Positions 11,005-21,039 of a stretch of DNA of 64,000 bases are shown piece after piece (positions within the stretch are counted from its first letter, which is position 1; the number at the start of each line of letters is the position of its first letter). Source of the DNA: a candidate division FCPU426 bacterium (GTDB lineage: Bacteria; Oederibacteriota; PGYV01; Palsa-1178); assembly GCA_963840035.1 (NCBI GenBank), contig CAWIXE010000002.1, positions 704,001 through 768,000 of the forward strand. Direction: 5' to 3'. The notes below the pieces were generated by a model. It was not told the DNA's origin. It did not search any database and was given only the letters and a program-made list of their open reading frames with translations. The translations under genes were made by a program, and so were the position numbers.

Positions 11005-11022
11005 ATGTGAAAAAATTCACAT
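11005..11022. promoter_or_regulatory. Rex-type operator
   Basis: ATGTGAA-AAAA-TTCACAT, close to the Rex consensus TTGTGAA-N4-TTCACAA, upstream of an NADH-linked hydrogenase. Confidence 0.7.
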
Positions 11023-11048
11023 ACTAAAATACACGGAGGTACAGGCAA

Positions 11049-11552
11049 ATGATGTTGGAAAAAGAAGAAATAAAGCTCGAAAAATCCTTGCTTGACTTCA
11101 TGGAAAAGTGGAAGGACAAACCAGGAAATGAAATAATGGTCCTCCACAAGATCCAGGAAGTTTACGGGTATGTCCCGCGTAAGGTTGCTATGGAAGTATC
11201 GCACCAGATGGGCATACCGCTCGCGAAAATTTACGGTATCATCACTTTTTACCACCTCTTTAAGCTCAAGAAACCGGGAAAGAACCAGATACAGGTATGC
11301 ATGGGTACCGCCTGTTACTTAAAAGGCGGGAACGACATAATACAGGAGATTGAGAATATCCTCGGGGTCGCTGTCAATAACACGAGTGATGACGGACTGT
11401 TCTCGCTGGAAATTGTCAGGTGCGTCGGCTGCTGCGGGCTCGCGCCGGTAATGGTAATAAACGGAAAAACTTTTGGCAACGTCTTAAAGACAGACCTGCC
11501 GAAGGTCCTCGGTGAATACAGCAAAGCGGAGGAGGCGTTGAAAAATGGATAA
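11049..11552 (+). CDS. hydC: [FeFe]-hydrogenase NuoE-like [2Fe-2S] subunit (HydC/HndA)
   Basis: ITFY, VCMGTAC, RCVGCCGLAP. Confidence 0.92.
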   Translation: MMLEKEEIKLEKSLLDFMEKWKDKPGNEIMVLHKIQEVYGYVPRKVAMEVSHQMGIPLAKIYGIITFYHLFKLKKPGKNQIQVCMGTACYLKGGNDIIQEIENILGVAVNNTSDDGLFSLEIVRCVGCCGLAPVMVINGKTFGNVLKTDLPKVLGEYSKAEEALKNG

Positions 11553-11928
11553 GATGAAAAAGGGAGACCTGGAAAAATTCAGGAAAAATTTTAAGCCCGA
11601 ACACAAGGGCGAGATCATGATTTCCATGGGGACGTGCGGCATTGCGGCCGGCGGGGACTCCATTTATAAGATTTTTGAGGAAGACCTGAAAAATAAAGGC
11701 CTTGACGCTACGGTAAAGCTTAAAAAAACCGGGTGCCTTGGCATGTGTTTTTGCGAGCCGAACATGGTGGTCAAGATTGAGGGAATGCCGGAGATACTTT
11801 ACGGCAATGTGGACGAGAAAGCCGCACACTCCATAGTAAGCGAGCACGTCATCAAGAAAAACATACTAAACAACTACGTTATATTCATGCCGTCGAAAGA
11901 TACCGGCAAGAATATATTCAAAGATTAG
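11545..11928 (+). CDS. hydD: Thioredoxin-like ferredoxin subunit (HydD/HndB)
   Basis: MGTCGIAAG...TGCLGMCFCEP...YGNV. Confidence 0.85.
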   Translation: MDKMKKGDLEKFRKNFKPEHKGEIMISMGTCGIAAGGDSIYKIFEEDLKNKGLDATVKLKKTGCLGMCFCEPNMVVKIEGMPEILYGNVDEKAAHSIVSEHVIKKNILNNYVIFMPSKDTGKNIFKD

Positions 11929-11942
11929 GAGGATGATATAAA

Positions 11943-13709
11943 ATGAATAAACAGTACATATTTGTATGGGAGCCTGCCGAACAAAAAGACAGGCCTGTAT
12001 ATAATACTTTTGTAAAGCTGGTAAATGAAAAGGCGCTCACCGACAGCTTTGAGGTCATCCGCAGCCCGTTTATCGGGTTTACCACGGACGGCCCCATAGC
12101 CAGGGTCATGCCTGACGGCGTAATTTACACGAAGTTTAAGGCTGAAGACGCGGAAGCCATCATTAACGCCCATGTGAAATGGAAGAAGCTCGACAAGTTC
12201 GCGCTGACTTATGACAACAAGTTCCTCCCCATAAAGGAAAAGGACGATACAAGCAAGCAGTTCAAGATAGTCCTTCGCAACATCGGATACATGGACCCGG
12301 AATCAATCGAGGAATACATAATGAGGGGCGGATACAAAGCCCTGGAAAAAGCCCTCTTTGACCTGAAGCAGGATAAAGTAATCGCCGAAATGAAAACATC
12401 CGGTTTAAGGGGCCGCGGCGGAGCGGGATTCCCGACAGGATTGAAATGGGAACTTACAAAAAAAGAAGTAAGCGATGTAAAGTATGTGATTTGTAACGCG
12501 GATGAGGGCGACCCCGGCGCGTACATGGACAGGAGCGTACTGGAAGGGGACCCGCATTCCGTCATAGAAGGAATGATTATCGGCGGTTATGCCGTCGGTT
12601 GCACGCAGGGTTTCATTTATATAAGGGCTGAATACCCGCTCGCCATTGAAAGGCTTGAAAAAGCCCTGACAGCGGCGCGCGAACGCGGCCTGCTTGGCAA
12701 GAACATTCTCGGGACTGACTTCTCCTTTGATATTGAATTACGCTGGGGCGCAGGGGCTTTTGTCTGCGGCGAAGAAACAGCGCTTATCGCTTCCATCGAA
12801 GGAAAGAGGGGAAACCCGAGGCCGAGGCCCCCATTCCCGTCTGTATCGGGATTATGGGGAAAGCCGACCTTCATTAATAACGTGGAATCATGGGCGAACG
12901 TGCCTGTTATCGTTGAAAAAGGCGGCAGCTGGTTTGCCTCCATCGGGACCGAGAAATCAAAAGGCACCAAGGTATTTGCCGTAACCGGAAAGGTCACGAA
13001 CCCGGGGCTTGTTGAAGTCCCCATGGGCACGACCATCAGGGAAATAGTATATGACATATGCGGCGGAATACAGAACAAGAAGAAATTCAAGGCGGTCCAG
13101 ACAGGCGGGCCTTCCGGCGGAGTAATACCGGAGCAGTACCTGGACATGCCCATAGATTACGAATCGCTCCAGTCCATAGGCTCCATCATGGGTTCCGGAG
13201 GGATGATAGTAATGGACGAGGATGACTGTATGGTGGACGTCAATAAATTCTACCTTCAGTTCTCCGTGGACGAATCGTGCGGCAAATGCTCGCCGTGCAG
13301 GATAGGCGGCAAGCAGATACTTGAACTGCTTGAGAAAATAACAAAAGGAAACGGCGATAAGACGGACATAGACAAGATAAGGTCCATATCGATAGCCATG
13401 CAGAAAGCGTCGCTATGCGCCCTGGGACAGACCACACCGAACCCGGTAATATCGGCGCTGCAGTACTTTGAAAAAGAGTACATGGAACATATCACTGACA
13501 AAAAATGTTTCACCGGCAAATGCCGCGACCTCGTGGAGTACATGATTATACCCGAGAAGTGTATAGGCTGCGGCCTCTGCGCCATAAGGTGCCCAGTGAA
13601 GTGCATCACCGGCGAGAAGAGAAAACCGTATCTGATAGACCAGAAGGCCTGCATAAAGTGCGGCGAGTGCTACAACGTCTGTAAGTTCGACGCTGTAAAA
13701 AGAGGTTAA
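11943..13709 (+). CDS. hydB: [FeFe]-hydrogenase NuoF-like diaphorase subunit (HydB/HndC)
   Basis: GLRGRGGAGFP, CNADEGDPGA, CGEETAL, GGPSGG, SCGKCSPCR, C-terminal 2x[4Fe-4S]. Confidence 0.95.
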   Translation: MNKQYIFVWEPAEQKDRPVYNTFVKLVNEKALTDSFEVIRSPFIGFTTDGPIARVMPDGVIYTKFKAEDAEAIINAHVKWKKLDKFALTYDNKFLPIKEKDDTSKQFKIVLRNIGYMDPESIEEYIMRGGYKALEKALFDLKQDKVIAEMKTSGLRGRGGAGFPTGLKWELTKKEVSDVKYVICNADEGDPGAYMDRSVLEGDPHSVIEGMIIGGYAVGCTQGFIYIRAEYPLAIERLEKALTAARERGLLGKNILGTDFSFDIELRWGAGAFVCGEETALIASIEGKRGNPRPRPPFPSVSGLWGKPTFINNVESWANVPVIVEKGGSWFASIGTEKSKGTKVFAVTGKVTNPGLVEVPMGTTIREIVYDICGGIQNKKKFKAVQTGGPSGGVIPEQYLDMPIDYESLQSIGSIMGSGGMIVMDEDDCMVDVNKFYLQFSVDESCGKCSPCRIGGKQILELLEKITKGNGDKTDIDKIRSISIAMQKASLCALGQTTPNPVISALQYFEKEYMEHITDKKCFTGKCRDLVEYMIIPEKCIGCGLCAIRCPVKCITGEKRKPYLIDQKACIKCGECYNVCKFDAVKRG

Positions 13710-13722
13710 GGAGGCGATAAAC

Positions 13723-15495
13723 ATGTACGTTGAAAAAACAACAGGAAAAATGATACAGATAAAGATAAACGGGAAAGACTATACAGTCGATTCCGGAGCC
13801 ACTATACTTGAGGCAGCCAGGCTGGCGCACATCAAGATACCTACGCTGTGCAAGCATGATGACCTGCCCGCGACCGCTTCGTGCGGAATATGCGTGGTAA
13901 AGGCCAAGAACAACAGGAAACTGCTGCGCGCCTGCTGCACATACGTGGAGCCAAATATGGAGATTACAACCCACGACGGAGAGCTTTACCAGGTGAGAAA
14001 GAACGTTCTCGACCTGATTCTTTCATCTCATCCGTTCGCGTGCCTGACCTGCTTAAGAAACGGCGACTGCGAGCTGCAGAAACTTTCCGAGGAATTCGGC
14101 ATAAGGTCAAGGCCGTATAAGGAAATGCTCCAGACGCTGCCTAAGGACACCTCCACAAAGGCCATAGTTCTTGACCCGATAAAATGCGTCCACTGCGGAC
14201 GCTGCGTGGAAGTGTGCCAGAACATACAGAAAGTTTACGCACTTGAGTTCCTTGACAGGGGTTTTGATTCCAGGATAGCGCCTGCAGGCGACATATCCAT
14301 GGCTGACAGCCCGTGTATAAAGTGCGGACAGTGCTCGGCGCACTGCCCCGTGGGAGCACTTGTTGAATTCAGTGAGATACCGAAGGTCTGGGACGCGCTG
14401 GCAAACCCGGATGTTTATCCGGTAGTCCAGATAGCTCCGGCAGTAAGGGTGGCCATAGGAGAGGCATTTGGCCTTCCTGCAGGTACCATCATAACCAAAA
14501 AACTTTACGCGCTCTTCAGAAGGATGGGTTTTAAGGCCGTATTTGACACGAATTTTGCGGCTGACCTTACCATTATGGAAGAAGGTTCGGAGCTCATACA
14601 CAGGATAACCACAGGAAAAGGCGCCATGCCGCTTATCACAAGCTGCTGCCCTGCCTGGGTGGACTTTCTTGAGAAGTATTATCCGGACCTTATTGAGCAC
14701 TTCTCATCGGCAAAATCGCCGCACGAAATGCTCGGCGCGCTTGCAAAGACATACTACGCGGACATGATAAAAGTGGACCCGAAAAAGATGTTTGTCCTCT
14801 CGGTCATGCCGTGCACGGCCAAAAAATACGAGGTATCCAGGACTGAAGACATGAGTTCCTCGGGATACCAGGACGTGGATGTTTCCATCACTACAAGGGA
14901 ACTTGTCAGGATGATAAAATCAAGCGGCATACAGCTGCTTGACCTCGAGGATGAGGAAGTAGACAATGTGCTTGGCACCTATACAGGCGCGGGAACCATA
15001 TTTGGCGCCACGGGCGGCGTCATGGAAGCCGCAATAAGGACCGCGTACTTTTTAATGACCGGTAAGAACCTTGATAAGATCGATGTTGATGTTGTCAGGG
15101 GATTAAAAGGCGTTAAAAGCGGAGAGATAGATGTCAATGGAAAGAAAATAAAAGTGGCTGTAGCGCACGGTACGGGCAATGTAAGGGCCGTCATGGACGA
15201 ACTGCGCGCCGCGAAACTTGCCGGCAAACCCATGCCTTATGATTTCATCGAGGTAATGGCATGCGAAGGCGGATGCATAGCGGGCGGTGGCCAGCCTTAT
15301 CAGGTAACAAACGCCATCAGGAGAAAAAGGACAGAGGGCATATACAAGGACGACAAGCAGTCCAAGCTCAGGCTTTCACACGAAAATCCTGACGTACAGA
15401 AGCTTTACAAGGATTTCCTTGACAAGCCGCTCTCGCCTAAGGCGCATAAACTGCTCCACAATCACTACAGGCCGAGGCCGTTGTACTATAAATAA
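13723..15495 (+). CDS. hydA: [FeFe]-hydrogenase catalytic subunit, group A3
   Basis: H-cluster motifs TSCCPAW, MPCTAKKYE, EVMACEGGCIAGGGQP; N-terminal 2Fe-2S, His-ligated 4Fe-4S and 2x4Fe-4S. Confidence 0.97.
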   Translation: MYVEKTTGKMIQIKINGKDYTVDSGATILEAARLAHIKIPTLCKHDDLPATASCGICVVKAKNNRKLLRACCTYVEPNMEITTHDGELYQVRKNVLDLILSSHPFACLTCLRNGDCELQKLSEEFGIRSRPYKEMLQTLPKDTSTKAIVLDPIKCVHCGRCVEVCQNIQKVYALEFLDRGFDSRIAPAGDISMADSPCIKCGQCSAHCPVGALVEFSEIPKVWDALANPDVYPVVQIAPAVRVAIGEAFGLPAGTIITKKLYALFRRMGFKAVFDTNFAADLTIMEEGSELIHRITTGKGAMPLITSCCPAWVDFLEKYYPDLIEHFSSAKSPHEMLGALAKTYYADMIKVDPKKMFVLSVMPCTAKKYEVSRTEDMSSSGYQDVDVSITTRELVRMIKSSGIQLLDLEDEEVDNVLGTYTGAGTIFGATGGVMEAAIRTAYFLMTGKNLDKIDVDVVRGLKGVKSGEIDVNGKKIKVAVAHGTGNVRAVMDELRAAKLAGKPMPYDFIEVMACEGGCIAGGGQPYQVTNAIRRKRTEGIYKDDKQSKLRLSHENPDVQKLYKDFLDKPLSPKAHKLLHNHYRPRPLYYK

Positions 15496-15496
15496 C

Positions 15497-15605
15497 AATT
15501 TTCAATTTTAAATTTTGGATTTTCAATTGCTCAAATCCGGCCGGGTATGATGCCCGGCCGGACTTTACAGCGTTTTTAATTGAAAATTGAAAATTCATAA
15601 TTTGC
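15497..15605. repeat. Inverted heptamer arrays around a GC-rich hairpin (probable terminator 15536-15562)
   Basis: Same arms as 359-442; TCCGGCCGGGTA-TGA-TGCCCGGCCGGA in the centre. Confidence 0.8.
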
Positions 15606-15717
15606 AGTTTTCGTTTGAAATCCTATCAAAATAGAGTTATTATAAATAAGATTACACAGCTTAATATTGCACCGATTTTGTGATAATCTTGTTTAAATAA
15701 ATATATTGAGGGTGTTT

Positions 15718-17106
15718 ATGAGGATTGAAAAGGACTTTCTTGGCGGTAAAGAAATCCCTGATAATGTATATTACGGCATTAATACCGCGCGCGCCCTGGA
15801 AAACTTCGGCGCTGACGCCGATAAAATAGATACATACTTCATTAAAGCCTATCTTCTCGTAAAAAAAGCCGCAGCTCTTGTAAATTTCGAGATAAAATCC
15901 ATCTCAGAAGAAAAAACCAATGCCATAACAGGAGCCATAGACGCCCTCATTGAGACCGGTGATTTTTCTGACTTTTGTGTTAACCCGCTTTCAGGCGGGG
16001 CAGGCACATCTGTTAACATGAACATCAACGAAGTTATAGCCAACCGCGCACTTGAAATGGCGGGCATGCAGAAGGGCGAATATTCCTTCATACATCCTCT
16101 GGACGACGTCAATATGCACCAGTCAACCAATGACACTTTTCCCACAGCGTTAAGAACGGCCATGCTTATGTACCTGGATGATATGGAGAAGGAATTAACG
16201 CTGCTTCAGGAGGCGCTTCAGCTTAAGGAAAAGGAATTTTCCGGGGTCGTAAAACTCGGCAGGACAGAGCTTCAGGATGCCCTGCCAATAACCGTAGGCA
16301 TGCAGTTCTCGGCTTATGCCGAGGCCATAGGCCGCGACAGGTGGAGGATATTCAAATCAAGGGAACGCATCAAGACCGTCAACCTGGGAGGCACTGCCAT
16401 AGGCACCGGATTTAACGCTCCCCAGGAATACATATTTAAGGCGGCTGACAAACTCAAGCAGCTGACCGGACTGAACATCAGCAGGGCTGAAAACCTTGTG
16501 GATGCCACCCAGAACCTGGACTCAATAGTCGAGGTAGCAGGGATGGTCAAGGCAGCCGCGGTCAACCTGATGAAGATTTCGGAGGATTTAAGGTTCCTCT
16601 CTTCCGGGCCGGAGGGCGGGATAGGGGAGTTTATACTGCCTGCGCTCCAGGAAGGCTCCACCATAATGCCGGGAAAGGTAAATCCGGTCATGTGCGAATT
16701 CATAACCCAGGGCTGCCTGAAGGTTTTTGCCGACGACCAGGCTTTAACCACAGCCGCTGCCATGGGAAACATGGAACTAAACCAGTTTTTCCCCCTTGTG
16801 GCCCACCTGGTTTTGGGAAATATGAGGTCGGTAAACGGATCAATAAGTAAGATGAACCATAAAATAGTTAGTCAAATAAAACTTAATGAAGATAATATAA
16901 CAAAGAACGTCAGCTCTGCCGTGGCGATTCTGACATACCTGTCCCAGTTTGTAGGCCACGATAAGGCCGCGGCAGTCTATGAGGAGTACAAAAAGACAAA
17001 AAAACCGGTCAGGGACGTGGTGGTAGAGGCCGGGATTTTGGACGCGAAAAAGTACGACGAGCTAATGAGCCCGGATAAGGTAAGAATGTTGGGGTTTAAA
17101 AAATAG
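15718..17106 (+). CDS. aspA: Aspartate ammonia-lyase (hydrogenase-maturation-associated type)
   Basis: GGAGTSVNMN, QSTND, GRTELQDA, GSTIMPGKVNP. Confidence 0.9.
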   Translation: MRIEKDFLGGKEIPDNVYYGINTARALENFGADADKIDTYFIKAYLLVKKAAALVNFEIKSISEEKTNAITGAIDALIETGDFSDFCVNPLSGGAGTSVNMNINEVIANRALEMAGMQKGEYSFIHPLDDVNMHQSTNDTFPTALRTAMLMYLDDMEKELTLLQEALQLKEKEFSGVVKLGRTELQDALPITVGMQFSAYAEAIGRDRWRIFKSRERIKTVNLGGTAIGTGFNAPQEYIFKAADKLKQLTGLNISRAENLVDATQNLDSIVEVAGMVKAAAVNLMKISEDLRFLSSGPEGGIGEFILPALQEGSTIMPGKVNPVMCEFITQGCLKVFADDQALTTAAAMGNMELNQFFPLVAHLVLGNMRSVNGSISKMNHKIVSQIKLNEDNITKNVSSAVAILTYLSQFVGHDKAAAVYEEYKKTKKPVRDVVVEAGILDAKKYDELMSPDKVRMLGFKK

Positions 17107-17184
17107 GCAGTTCGGAGGGTGGAGGGTAGGGTTCGGAGTTCGATCTTTTTAACTTCGAACCCTACCCTCCGACCTCCGAACGCC
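17107..17184. repeat. GC-rich inverted repeat with roughly 7-bp periodicity
   Basis: TTCGGAGGGTGGAGGGTAGGGTTCG ... CGAACCCTACCCTCCGACCTCCGAA; left arm recurs at 46977-47008. Confidence 0.8.
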
Positions 17185-17205
17185 TTCAAAAGGAGACTTA
17201 TCCAC

Positions 17206-18420
17206 ATGAATGAAACCCCGCAAGCCAACCGCCTCCACATAGGCATTTTCGGCAGCCGGAACGCCGGCAAGTCTTCGTTCATTAACGCCATCACGGGTCA
17301 GTCAGTAGCCATAGTCGACGCCACCCCGGGCACTACTACCGATCCGGTAGGGAAAGCCATGGAGATCAGAGGGCTGGGGCCAGTCTTCATCTATGACACG
17401 GCCGGCATCGACGATGAGGGTGAGTTGGGGGCTAAAAGGGTGGCCAGAACCCGCGACATTATCAGACGCATCAATCTTGCAGTGGTGATAACCACATACG
17501 CAGGGTATAATTCAAAGGATGAAGAGTTGATTTTAGAGCTAAAAAACAGGGGTAAAGATGTGCTGGTTTTCTTCAATAAAATTGACGTTGAAGCAAAGGA
17601 TGAAGAAAAAGAAAAGTTGTTAAAAGAAAAGGGGATTCCTTATTTTTCTTTAAGTTGTACATCAGGTAAAAATATGGATAAGGCCCGCGAGTTATTGATA
17701 GAAATAGGGTCAAAAATTTCTGTCGAGAATACGACCATAATTGGAGACCTCATTTCGAGCGGGGATTTTGTGGTTCTGGTAGTGCCAATTGACCTTGGAG
17801 CGCCTAAAGGAAGGCTTATATTGCCCCAGGTGCAGGTAATCAGGGATGTGCTGGACAACGACGCGGTGCCTTTGGTGGTCAAGGAACGGGAACTGCAGTT
17901 TGCGCTGTCGCATTTATCCACAAAGCCGGCCCTGGTTATAACGGACTCGCAGGTGGTCCTCAAGGTGGCGGGCGATGTTCCTGAGGATGTCAAGTTATCC
18001 ACATTTTCTATAGTTTTCTCCAGGCTAAAGGGAGAGTTGGCTGAGTTTGTCAGGGGGGTTAAGGCAATTGATGGTTTGCAGGATGGGGATAAGGTTCTTA
18101 TGCTTGAGGCATGCACCCACCATAGCCAGGCAGACGATATTGGCAGGGTAAAAATACCAAGATGGATCAAACAATACACCGGAAAGAACATTGAGTTTGT
18201 AGTTAATGCCGGCCCGTACATAGATAAGGGCTTTGAGGATGTAAAATTAGCCATCTCCTGCGGCGGTTGCATGATAAACAGGCAGGAGATGCTATCGAGG
18301 ATAGCGGATTGCAGGAATTTGGGGATACCTATAACCAATTACGGCGTAGCGATCTCTTATGTGCAGGGAGTTTTGAAGAGGGTGATAGAACCGTTTCCTG
18401 AGGTGAGAGGAATACTGTGA
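17206..18420 (+). CDS. hydF: [FeFe]-hydrogenase maturation GTPase HydF
   Basis: GSRNAGKS, GTTTD, DTAG, NKID, EACTHH...CGGC; start at 17206 after AGGAG. Confidence 0.96.
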   Translation: MNETPQANRLHIGIFGSRNAGKSSFINAITGQSVAIVDATPGTTTDPVGKAMEIRGLGPVFIYDTAGIDDEGELGAKRVARTRDIIRRINLAVVITTYAGYNSKDEELILELKNRGKDVLVFFNKIDVEAKDEEKEKLLKEKGIPYFSLSCTSGKNMDKARELLIEIGSKISVENTTIIGDLISSGDFVVLVVPIDLGAPKGRLILPQVQVIRDVLDNDAVPLVVKERELQFALSHLSTKPALVITDSQVVLKVAGDVPEDVKLSTFSIVFSRLKGELAEFVRGVKAIDGLQDGDKVLMLEACTHHSQADDIGRVKIPRWIKQYTGKNIEFVVNAGPYIDKGFEDVKLAISCGGCMINRQEMLSRIADCRNLGIPITNYGVAISYVQGVLKRVIEPFPEVRGIL

Positions 18421-18484
18421 TGCCGGACGTCGGATATCGGATGTCGGAGTGAATTCTTAAATCGGGTATTTATTAAACTTATAC

Positions 18485-19564
18485 GTGAACGCTGATGGAA
18501 AAAATATTACAATACGGAGTGCTGATTTGGATAAAATTAAAGAAGCCATCAAAGAGATTAAAAGTGGAAGCGCAACCGTTGAGAACCTCGTATACCTTCT
18601 TTCGGTTCCTACCCGCGAAGAGTTCCAACCGGTTTTTGACGAGTCTGCCAGGCTATGTAAAAAGCATTTTGGCAACCGGGTGTTCATGAGGGGGATTATT
18701 GAATTTTCCAACTTTTGCCGCAAAGGATGTCTTTACTGCGGTATAAATAAGGCTAACAAGAAGGTTCCGCGGTATAGATTAACCGTTGAAGAGATACTTG
18801 GAGCGGCTAAATTTATGAAAAAACAGGGTTCTTTGACCGTGGTCCTGCAGTCGGGTGAGGATCAGGGGTATGATAGGACGCTTTTAGAGGCGGTCCGCAG
18901 GATAAAAAAGGAATTAAACATGGCAATAACCCTTTCCGTGGGTGAGCGGGAGGAAAAAGTATACAAAGAATTCATAAAAGCGGGTGCTGACAGGTATCTG
19001 CTCCGCATAGAAACCACAGACCCGGGAGTATTTAAGAAACTGCATCCTGATGACAATCTGGAATACCGCAAAAAGTGCCTCTACACCCTCAAGAAATTAA
19101 AGTTTGAGGTCGGGACGGGAATTATGGTGGGCCTGCCGGGACAGAGCCTGGAATCGATTGCCAGGGACCTTTTGTTCTTTAAGGAACTGAATCCGGCCAT
19201 GATAGGCATAGGCCCGTTCCTGGCCCACGAGGATACGCCCCTGCGCAGCCACAAAAACACGGACATCTTCCCGACCCTGAAGGTTTTGTCCCTCATCAGG
19301 CTGGTCCTGCCCAAATCCAACCTGCCGGCCACGACTGCCATGGGCACCATAGACCCGACAGGCCGCCAACAGGCGCTGAGAATAGGGGCAAACGTTATAA
19401 TGCCGAACTTCACCCCGTCAAAATACAGGGAAAACTACAAGCTCTACGACAACAAGATCTGTGTTTCGGAGGAATACGGCAAGTGCGCCGCGTGTACAGT
19501 GGGGATTGCGATGGCGGCGGGGAAGAGGATTGTGAAGTCAAAAGGGTATTCAAAAAACAAATAA
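18485..19564 (+). CDS. hydE: [FeFe]-hydrogenase maturation radical SAM HydE
   Basis: CRKGCLYC, LQSGED, RYLLRIET, PATTA, YDNK and Cx7Cx2C. Confidence 0.93.
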   Translation: MNADGKNITIRSADLDKIKEAIKEIKSGSATVENLVYLLSVPTREEFQPVFDESARLCKKHFGNRVFMRGIIEFSNFCRKGCLYCGINKANKKVPRYRLTVEEILGAAKFMKKQGSLTVVLQSGEDQGYDRTLLEAVRRIKKELNMAITLSVGEREEKVYKEFIKAGADRYLLRIETTDPGVFKKLHPDDNLEYRKKCLYTLKKLKFEVGTGIMVGLPGQSLESIARDLLFFKELNPAMIGIGPFLAHEDTPLRSHKNTDIFPTLKVLSLIRLVLPKSNLPATTAMGTIDPTGRQQALRIGANVIMPNFTPSKYRENYKLYDNKICVSEEYGKCAACTVGIAMAAGKRIVKSKGYSKNK

Positions 19565-19571
19565 TGTTTTC

Positions 19572-19640
19572 GTAGAGACGGAGTTCACCCCCCTATCAAG
19601 GCAGAACACAGATTTTAGACGGGGTGCCACCCATCCCTAC
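19572..19640. repeat. Degenerate GTAG REP doublet
   Basis: GTAGAGACGGAGTTCACCCC...CCCTAC; related to 21503-21573. Confidence 0.7.
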
Positions 19641-19670
19641 GACACCTAACATGAATCCATTCCTAATCAA

Positions 19671-19699
19671 TTGACTGTATATACATTAAGGGGTATAAT
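19671..19699 (+). promoter_or_regulatory. Sigma70-type promoter
   Basis: TTGACT-17bp-TATAAT. Confidence 0.75.
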
Positions 19700-19762
19700 A
19701 TCCATCAATATTTTAATATTTTCTAAAGAGAAACCCAATTTGAATTTGGATCAGGAGGGGTT

Positions 19763-21010
19763 ATGAAAATTTTCAAATTAATTATTTGTTTTCAGTTTTG
19801 TCTTACGGCTTTGTATGGATTTTCGGAATTGCAGGCACCTACTCCGGAGCCTGAGTGCGTTGATAATGTAAAACCCATCAATTTCTCAAAAACCAAATTT
19901 ATCAATGACCTGTCTGACGAAGAGGCGTATTCGTTTATTGAAACGTCAGATATGGGGTTTTTAATTGTCGGGTGTTCGTCCGAAAGGACAAGAAACGGGA
20001 AAAGCGTATATTTGATTAAAGCCAATTCTGCGGGCAAGGTTGAATGGCGTAAATATTTCGGGGAACCGACGGATACAGCGGAAGGCGATGGGGTCATAGA
20101 AATAAGCGACGGGTATGTGATAACGGGAAGTTTAAACGAAAAGCCGTTTATTATGAAAGTCAGCATTCAAGGAGGGATGTTGTGGTTTAAAACTTATGAT
20201 TCTGATAAATTTTATGAAGGCTGTTTTGATTCTGTAGTTAAGGACGATAAAGATAATTTAATTACAGCTGGCCATGCCCGCGCCATGAAAGATCATATTT
20301 TTATAGAAAAGGTTTCCGGTGTGGATGGCAGCGTGATAAAATCGGCGGATTTTGCCGATGTTACCGGGCAGAATACCGGCTCTTATAATATCATTAATGC
20401 CGGCGGCGGTAATTGCATTGTTAGCGGGTATTCTTATGATAAAGGTGTGGTGATGAAGCTTGATGGCGATTTAAAAGTGGCTAAATCTAACTGCATGAAT
20501 TATAACAAGATCACACAGGCATGCCAGGAGGAAGGCAACTCGTACTTGCGGGTCGATAAGTCGGCTGTCTTTTATGACATAATAGATGCCGAAAAGGATG
20601 GTTTTTTTTCCATTTTCAACACCTCTACCTTAGACGGATATAGCAGCACCATTATACATTTTAAGACATTTGAAGTTGCAGAATCATACGATTTCAGATT
20701 CTGTGACCCTTATAATTATGTGTCTCTTGCGCCTGGCATGGCTTCGGATTTTGTTGCGCTTTTAAATGACGCAAATAGACATGTGATGGGTATTATTACA
20801 TGCGATTATTTTAAGAAAATTGGAAAAAAAATGTTCTTTTATAATAACGGCCTTAAATTATCCGGCGTAAAGATCCTGAAAACCGCGGATAATTGCTATG
20901 TCATATTGGGGTCATTGGGAATAATGGTTGAACAAAAAGACGGCGCTAAATTTGAGGAGTCAAGAATATTTTTGACGAAAATCAAACCGGATCTGTCAAA
21001 AATTTGGTAA
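19763..21010 (+). CDS. Secreted beta-propeller-like hypothetical protein
   Basis: Signal peptide; repeated units of the type DGGxxxxG...xLxKxDxxGxxxWxKxY. Confidence 0.65.
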   Translation: MKIFKLIICFQFCLTALYGFSELQAPTPEPECVDNVKPINFSKTKFINDLSDEEAYSFIETSDMGFLIVGCSSERTRNGKSVYLIKANSAGKVEWRKYFGEPTDTAEGDGVIEISDGYVITGSLNEKPFIMKVSIQGGMLWFKTYDSDKFYEGCFDSVVKDDKDNLITAGHARAMKDHIFIEKVSGVDGSVIKSADFADVTGQNTGSYNIINAGGGNCIVSGYSYDKGVVMKLDGDLKVAKSNCMNYNKITQACQEEGNSYLRVDKSAVFYDIIDAEKDGFFSIFNTSTLDGYSSTIIHFKTFEVAESYDFRFCDPYNYVSLAPGMASDFVALLNDANRHVMGIITCDYFKKIGKKMFFYNNGLKLSGVKILKTADNCYVILGSLGIMVEQKDGAKFEESRIFLTKIKPDLSKIW

Positions 21011-21039
21011 TCCCGGAACATTAAAAAACAGGAGGGTTT

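Noticed and set aside
17119..17205. N-terminal extensions in the ORF track (also 27701, 31776, 37686, 45193, 46301, 51273)
   Set aside because: They run through repeats, promoters or the upstream gene; downstream starts have a proper RBS or promoter spacing
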